From contig JACAFG010000007.1 in NCBI GenBank assembly GCA_019352195.1, positions 10,046 through 74,045 on the forward strand: a stretch of DNA of 64,000 bases, written 5' to 3'. The first letter of the stretch is position 1. The number at the start of each line of letters is the position of its first letter. Both the position numbers and the translations under genes were made by a program. Below the pieces are notes generated by a model, which searched no databases, was not told where the DNA came from, and saw only the letters and a program-made list of their open reading frames with translations. This document shows, in pieces, positions 59,469-64,000 of this stretch. The DNA comes from Candidatus Saccharimonadota bacterium. Lineage in GTDB: Bacteria; Patescibacteriota; Saccharimonadia; UBA4664.

Positions 59469-60818
59469 ATGGCAACCCGTTCAGCTATTTTGGTAATTGT
59501 GGGCATCTCCGGCGATTTAGCCCAGCGCAAGCTGCTGCCTGCGCTCAGTCAGTTAGCAACCGCCAAAGTCCTGCCTGAGCAGTTTATGATTGTCGGCATC
59601 ACCAGACGATCCGACGTTACCATTGAGCCCCTTATCGCTGGTGCCAGTGATCAAACGTACTTGCGAGAGCACCTGCAGCTGTTTCAAATGGATCTGGAAA
59701 CGGCGGCCGATTACGCGCGCCTGTCAGATCATCTCGTGGCGATCGAACATCAATTTGGCACTGCCGCCGACCGCCTGTTTTATTTGTCGGTACCCCCACA
59801 AGTATCGTGGCCAATTATCGAGCTGCTCGGTAAGGCAGGCTTAAACAGCGTTGAAAACGCTAAGTTACTCGTTGAAAAACCCTTTGGGGTTGATATTGCC
59901 AGTGCTACCGAACTCATCGAGCACATTAACGCCTACTTTAAGCCTCATCAGGTGTACCGCATCGATCATTATCTAGCCAAAGAAACGGCCCAAAACCTGG
60001 TGGTTTTCCGCGAAGGTAACACCTTGTTTAAACGGACTTGGAACCATGACTTCATCGAGTCAATTCACATTATCGCCAGTGAGAAAATTGGCATCGAAGG
60101 CCGCGGAAACTTTTACGAATCAACCGGGGCCCTCCGCGATTTGGTCCAAAGCCACTTATTGCAGCTGGCGGCGCTCACGCTCATGGAAACCCCGCCACCA
60201 GACCAGTTTGAAGACATCCCAAATCGTCGTTTAGCGGCCTTACGCCAACTCGGGTTATCACCGACGCTGCCGGTATTAGAGGCCGCCCAACGTGGTCAGT
60301 ACGCGGGCTACGATCTCGAAGCTCGTAACCCCGGCTCTACCACCGAAACCTTTGTCAGCTTGAGCCTGGCGTCAACCGACCCGCGCTGGCAGGGAGTGCC
60401 CATCACCATTACCACCGGCAAGGCGCTGGCCGACAAGGCCACCGAAATTCGTCTCACCTACAAGCAAGACCGCGACTACGAGTCAAATGAGCTGACCTTA
60501 CGTCTCCAGCCCAACGAGGGGATTGAGGTACGTATCTGGACCAAGAAGCCTGGCTACGACGCGGCTTACGAACAACACGGGCTCAGATTTAACTATGCCG
60601 ATCATTTTGATAACCTGCCAGAGGCTTACGAGCGCGTCTTGCTCGATGCCATAAAAGGCGACCACAGCTTATTTGCCTCAAGCGAAGAAGTCCTGGAAAC
60701 CTGGCGTATATTGACTCCTGTCCAAAACGCCTGGGAGCAGGCCGGCCACGCTGGGCTCATTATCTATCCAACCGGCACTTCGTCCCAAGCCGTAACAACC
60801 ATTCCGCCACCAGCTTAG
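59469..60818 (+). CDS. zwf: glucose-6-phosphate 1-dehydrogenase
   Basis: 449 aa; NADP-binding N-terminus LVIVGISGDLAQRKLLPAL and RIDHYLAKE active-site motif. Confidence 0.88.
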   Translation: MATRSAILVIVGISGDLAQRKLLPALSQLATAKVLPEQFMIVGITRRSDVTIEPLIAGASDQTYLREHLQLFQMDLETAADYARLSDHLVAIEHQFGTAADRLFYLSVPPQVSWPIIELLGKAGLNSVENAKLLVEKPFGVDIASATELIEHINAYFKPHQVYRIDHYLAKETAQNLVVFREGNTLFKRTWNHDFIESIHIIASEKIGIEGRGNFYESTGALRDLVQSHLLQLAALTLMETPPPDQFEDIPNRRLAALRQLGLSPTLPVLEAAQRGQYAGYDLEARNPGSTTETFVSLSLASTDPRWQGVPITITTGKALADKATEIRLTYKQDRDYESNELTLRLQPNEGIEVRIWTKKPGYDAAYEQHGLRFNYADHFDNLPEAYERVLLDAIKGDHSLFASSEEVLETWRILTPVQNAWEQAGHAGLIIYPTGTSSQAVTTIPPPA

Positions 60819-60852
60819 GCGAACTACTGCCCCCGCGTAACCAGGAGATACC

Positions 60853-61233
60853 ATGGCTCAGACTCGCTACATTCCCGGCGTTTGTAACATTGGGCCGGCC
60901 GAAACAACCAGCCGTCGCCGCATTGGCTGGTTTAGTCTCGCCGCTGCCGTAGTCATAACGGCCGTCATATTCGCGCTCGGCCTGCCCGCCTACACCCGAG
61001 CCATCGCGTTTATTCCGCTGACGATCGCGGCGTCGGGATTCATTCAAGCGCAGCTTCACTTTTGTGCTGGATTTGGCGCCGCCGGAGTCTTTAATTTTGG
61101 CAGTCAGATCGGACAGACCGACACCGTCACCCAAGCCGATTACCGTGCCAAAGACAAGCGCAAGGCCGTCCAAATTACCACCATCTCAGTCCTCATTGGC
61201 GCCGTTATATCCGGCATTCTCGTCCTCATCTAG
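60853..61233 (+). CDS. hypothetical membrane protein
   Basis: 126 aa, 3 TM helices, GGAGA RBS. Confidence 0.45.
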   Translation: MAQTRYIPGVCNIGPAETTSRRRIGWFSLAAAVVITAVIFALGLPAYTRAIAFIPLTIAASGFIQAQLHFCAGFGAAGVFNFGSQIGQTDTVTQADYRAKDKRKAVQITTISVLIGAVISGILVLI

Positions 61234-61253
61234 GGTACCGAGGCCGGCCGCCG

Positions 61254-62771
61254 TCAGTCCGGAATCTCGACCTCGTCCCCAAAATGCTTTTTAATTCGTG
61301 CTCGCACGCCGCCTGGTTGTCGGCCCAACAAACTGGCTAAGGTTGCCAAGCCATCACCCGCCTCAAAACGAGCTTTCAGGAGCTCGTCGGCCTCGGCGGG
61401 CCACGGTCTGAAAGCATTGGGATAGGTTTGCCGCATCGTTTGGATGCGCTCGGTCCAATGGCCCGCTTTGGTTTCAGGTTTGTCCACTTCGTCTGCTCGA
61501 CTATTGGCGAGCTCGGCCAGCGGAGCAAAACGGAGGGCGTCCCGGGCGACCTGCTCGCGCAAAGCCCCGTCGATAGCCAGCGCCTCGGGACTAACTTTCA
61601 GCGCTAGTTGATTGATGCCAACCAGACTTAATGTATCGAGACTGCGCACGCGCGACAGCGCCACGTAGCCCATGCCGTAAGTGAACGCGCGACGAAGATC
61701 GATCCGGGCTGCGTCCAAGGTCATGCCCTGACTCTTGTGCACGGTAATCGCCCAAGCCAGCCGCAGCGGCACCTGGGTCAGCGAAGCCCGTTTCTTATCG
61801 CCGTCTCTAAGTTCCCATGTCTCCGGAATGATGGTGAGCTGTTTGCCTGACCTGAGTCGAACCACCGGGTAGCCGGTAAGATCTTCCCAGGCTACTACGG
61901 TCCCGAGCGACCCGTTCATATATTTTCCTTGCGGGTGATTTTTGACACACATGACAAGCGCACCAAGCTTTACCGTCAGCTCGTCCAACGCCAGACAAGA
62001 CCGCCTCAGCGAATCAACGTAATTGGCCTTACCGGTTGTCATCATGACATACGTTTTAGACTCACCTTCCATGCCATCAAGCTGCACCTGATTTATCCAA
62101 TCGACATCGGCGTTGGTCGTATGAAGTTCGGTGACCGGACCTGACAAGTGCGCGTCAAGCCGGGCCAGCAGTGCCTCAGCGTGTCCCCGTCGGACATCAC
62201 CGGCCCGCATCGCGTTAAGAATGCCTAGGAATGTTTCGTCGTTTTGACGATGCTGCTCCTGCAAGTAACAAATCACTGGCGCGAGCGAGATCCATGAGGC
62301 CGAGCCGAAGATAAAGCCGCCTTGCACCGACCCCGCGCGATTAACGGGCGGGAGTTGGAAAAAATCCCCGCACAAAATGACCTGAATCCCGCCAAATGGT
62401 CGGTCGTTCCCTCGTACGGCCTGGACCGCCTGATCAACCAGGTCGAGCCGAAAATCATGCAGCATCGACACTTCATCGATAATGAGAACGTCCGTAGCGG
62501 TAATAATATCGCGGCGGCTTTGGGTTAAATTCTCGGCAAAACGCGGCGGCAAACTATCATGGATTCCGAGTCCGCTCCAGGCATGAATCGTCGTGCCTCC
62601 GAGATGGCTCGCAGCCAATCCAGTCGTAGCCGTCACGGCCACTTTTTTACTCGATTTTCTTGCCAGCTTAATAAATTCACCTAAAACATACGTTTTACCC
62701 GACCCAGCCGGACCCGTCAGCAAAACGTTTTCGCCGCTGAGCATAATTTCGAGTGCCAACGCTTGATCCAT
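61254..62771 (-). CDS. PIF1/RecD-like SF1 DNA helicase with C-terminal HTH-type extension
   Basis: 505 aa; Walker A LLTGPAGSGKT, motif II IIDEVSM, PIF1-like core; C-terminal about 80 aa helical tail. Confidence 0.8.
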   Translation of the reverse strand: MDQALALEIMLSGENVLLTGPAGSGKTYVLGEFIKLARKSSKKVAVTATTGLAASHLGGTTIHAWSGLGIHDSLPPRFAENLTQSRRDIITATDVLIIDEVSMLHDFRLDLVDQAVQAVRGNDRPFGGIQVILCGDFFQLPPVNRAGSVQGGFIFGSASWISLAPVICYLQEQHRQNDETFLGILNAMRAGDVRRGHAEALLARLDAHLSGPVTELHTTNADVDWINQVQLDGMEGESKTYVMMTTGKANYVDSLRRSCLALDELTVKLGALVMCVKNHPQGKYMNGSLGTVVAWEDLTGYPVVRLRSGKQLTIIPETWELRDGDKKRASLTQVPLRLAWAITVHKSQGMTLDAARIDLRRAFTYGMGYVALSRVRSLDTLSLVGINQLALKVSPEALAIDGALREQVARDALRFAPLAELANSRADEVDKPETKAGHWTERIQTMRQTYPNAFRPWPAEADELLKARFEAGDGLATLASLLGRQPGGVRARIKKHFGDEVEIPD

Positions 62772-62806
62772 AGACTTCCCATATTAACCGAACACAATCC
62801 GATCTA

Positions 62807-63361
62807 CTAGGTCACTTTTGTGCGAGGATGATAAACGCGCCACTGCCAGATGCCCACCCCGACGAGCGATAGCACCGCTACCGCCAAAATAACGATACGC
62901 TCTAACTTGACCGAGGCTGAGACCGAGCTAGAGTCCCAGACGTCGACCCGTAGCTCGTACGACGTCGAAAAGGAGGCAAACTGGCCGCTCTTAGACGTTC
63001 CCGTGACCATTACCGCATAAACCCCGAGGCGAGGGAACGTCACGTTGGCCACACCTTGTGACTGGCCCGAGGTCATGCCGCCGAGGGGAGCGTCGACGAG
63101 CGTCTTCGAACCGTCTTTTACGCGTACCTGACAATGACAATCGCTCAACTTAAATACGGTGTTTGCGCTAACCGGAATAAAATAAAATTCCAGGCCGGAT
63201 ACTCCTCCGGCCACTGGAGTATCGTTGGGATTAACGTGCAAAATAACGCTCATGCCGTTATTTGTCGCCAGCTGATGAGCCGACACCTCCACCGGAACTA
63301 CCAAACATAGTCCCGCCGCCACTACTGCAAGCATCGATTTTGCCTTGACATTAATACGCAT
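62807..63361 (-). CDS. secreted hypothetical protein
   Basis: start trimmed to ATG 63361 (MRINVKAKSMLAVVAAGLCLVVPVEVSA signal peptide). Confidence 0.5.
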   Translation of the reverse strand: MRINVKAKSMLAVVAAGLCLVVPVEVSAHQLATNNGMSVILHVNPNDTPVAGGVSGLEFYFIPVSANTVFKLSDCHCQVRVKDGSKTLVDAPLGGMTSGQSQGVANVTFPRLGVYAVMVTGTSKSGQFASFSTSYELRVDVWDSSSVSASVKLERIVILAVAVLSLVGVGIWQWRVYHPRTKVT

Positions 63362-63563
63362 ATACTCACAGTATACGGTGAAGCGGCGCCCGGACCCAAA
63401 CCGACGTGGGAGCCTGGAACAGGCAACTACCAGCGCCATGGCAGCAGGCTCTAGCCAGTCAGGCATCTGCAAAAAGTTTAGCTTTAAAGGCCAACTTTGG
63501 AGAATCTTCCAATGCCCGCTGGCAACCGTAGTCGGTATACTTCACCCAATTACGGAGACTGTT

Positions 63564-63755
63564 ATGGCAAACGATGATCAATATCCCGAGTCTGAAGAAA
63601 TCACGGAGTCAGAGGTCGAGTTCGTTGCCGACGATCCTGTCACGGGTGATGAAACGCGTCCAAATATGAAACTCGTGCTCGGCCTCTTTTCTGGCATGCT
63701 CGTTTTGCTAGGACTCGTTTTAGGGCTCGCGCTCGGGCGAAGTCGTAACGCATAG
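63564..63755 (+). CDS. small acidic protein with C-terminal TM anchor
   Basis: 63 aa from ATG 63564 with GGAGAC RBS; N-terminus DE-rich, C-terminal hydrophobic helix. Confidence 0.3.
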   Translation: MANDDQYPESEEITESEVEFVADDPVTGDETRPNMKLVLGLFSGMLVLLGLVLGLALGRSRNA

Positions 63756-63817
63756 TTCTAAGTCTGCTCTCAGTCTTACTCTGCTACCTTAGCGTTATAG
63801 CTTAAGGAATCATCGCA

Positions 63818-64000
63818 TGAGTGTAATCGCCCGAGGCATTCGCAATGCCTTCAGAAATGTCGTTCGTACCATTTCGCTCGTTGTTATTATTGGCCTGAGC
63901 GTTGGGCTGGCACTCACCATGCTCGTATCGCGACAGGCCATTGATAGTAAAATTGCCAGTATTAAGAGTTCCATCGGTAATACGATCACTATTTCGGCCG
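63818..64000 (+). CDS. ABC transporter permease, FtsX/MacB-like (5' partial, continues beyond window)
   Basis: AAGGAA RBS; N-terminus MSVIARGIRNAFRNVVRTISLVVIIGLSVGLALTM typical of FtsX-like permeases. Confidence 0.55.

Overview
The window is gene-dense bacterial chromosome with a backbone GC of roughly 50-55% and mostly conserved housekeeping genes. Several accessory patches with very different composition (about 40% or about 65% GC) are interspersed. The gene content (small genome style, GtrA/GT-C/GT2 glycosylation locus, many small membrane proteins) suggests a reduced-genome lineage, possibly CPR/Saccharibacteria-like, but that is only an inference.

Core genes recognised:
- rplJ-rplL with a promoter and leader
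- Ham1/RdgB-type NTP pyrophosphatase
- dnaX and dnaB
- a glycosylation locus (GtrA-like, two GT-C/GT39-like membrane glycosyltransferases, a GT2)
- ybaB-recR
- DHH phosphoesterase, cysS, an MsbA-like ABC exporter
- two AI-2E transporters
- MprF-like lysyl-PG synthase
- tRNA-Gln(UUG)
- SRAP/YedK next to a Y-family DNA polymerase
- YaaA, cardiolipin synthase, PhnB-like VOC protein, BI-1/YccA
- tgt, eno, metK with an upstream SAM-I riboswitch
- TrhO (rhodanese-like), two ApbE flavin transferases, two FNR-like reductases
- zwf, a PIF1-family helicase, and a partial FtsX-like permease at the window end

Accessory and unusual content:
1. A low-GC island directly downstream of tRNA-Gln (20.6-24.6 kb). 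It is built as cassettes: small genes, including a PIN/RHH pair and a BrnT/BrnA pair, each bounded by a recurring ~50-bp repeat that ends in a terminator hairpin.
2. A tightly coupled four-gene operon (24.6-27.9 kb): FNR-like reductase, ApbE, a ferric-reductase-like heme membrane protein and a secreted protein. It looks like a split NOX/MsrQ-Fre-type electron-transfer module with a flavinylation enzyme.
3. A mosaic element-like region (30.7-36.0 kb) with a Replic_Relax protein, high-GC ORFs, a DUF3768 protein and nested direct repeats that look like a structured small RNA plus terminator.
4. A DUF3800 protein followed by a DUF2130 protein (zinc-ribbon, coiled-coil, PD-(D/E)xK-like), preceded by a 31-aa Lys-rich peptide gene (53.97-56.37 kb). 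I consider this the best candidate for an uncharacterised defence or DNA-processing module.
5. A 520-bp highly structured non-coding stretch (56.4-56.92 kb), candidate large ncRNA.
6. Four short ~65% GC inserts, each carrying one ORF; one is a frameshifted lipoprotein gene.

No CRISPR array, rRNA or integrase/transposase was recognised.
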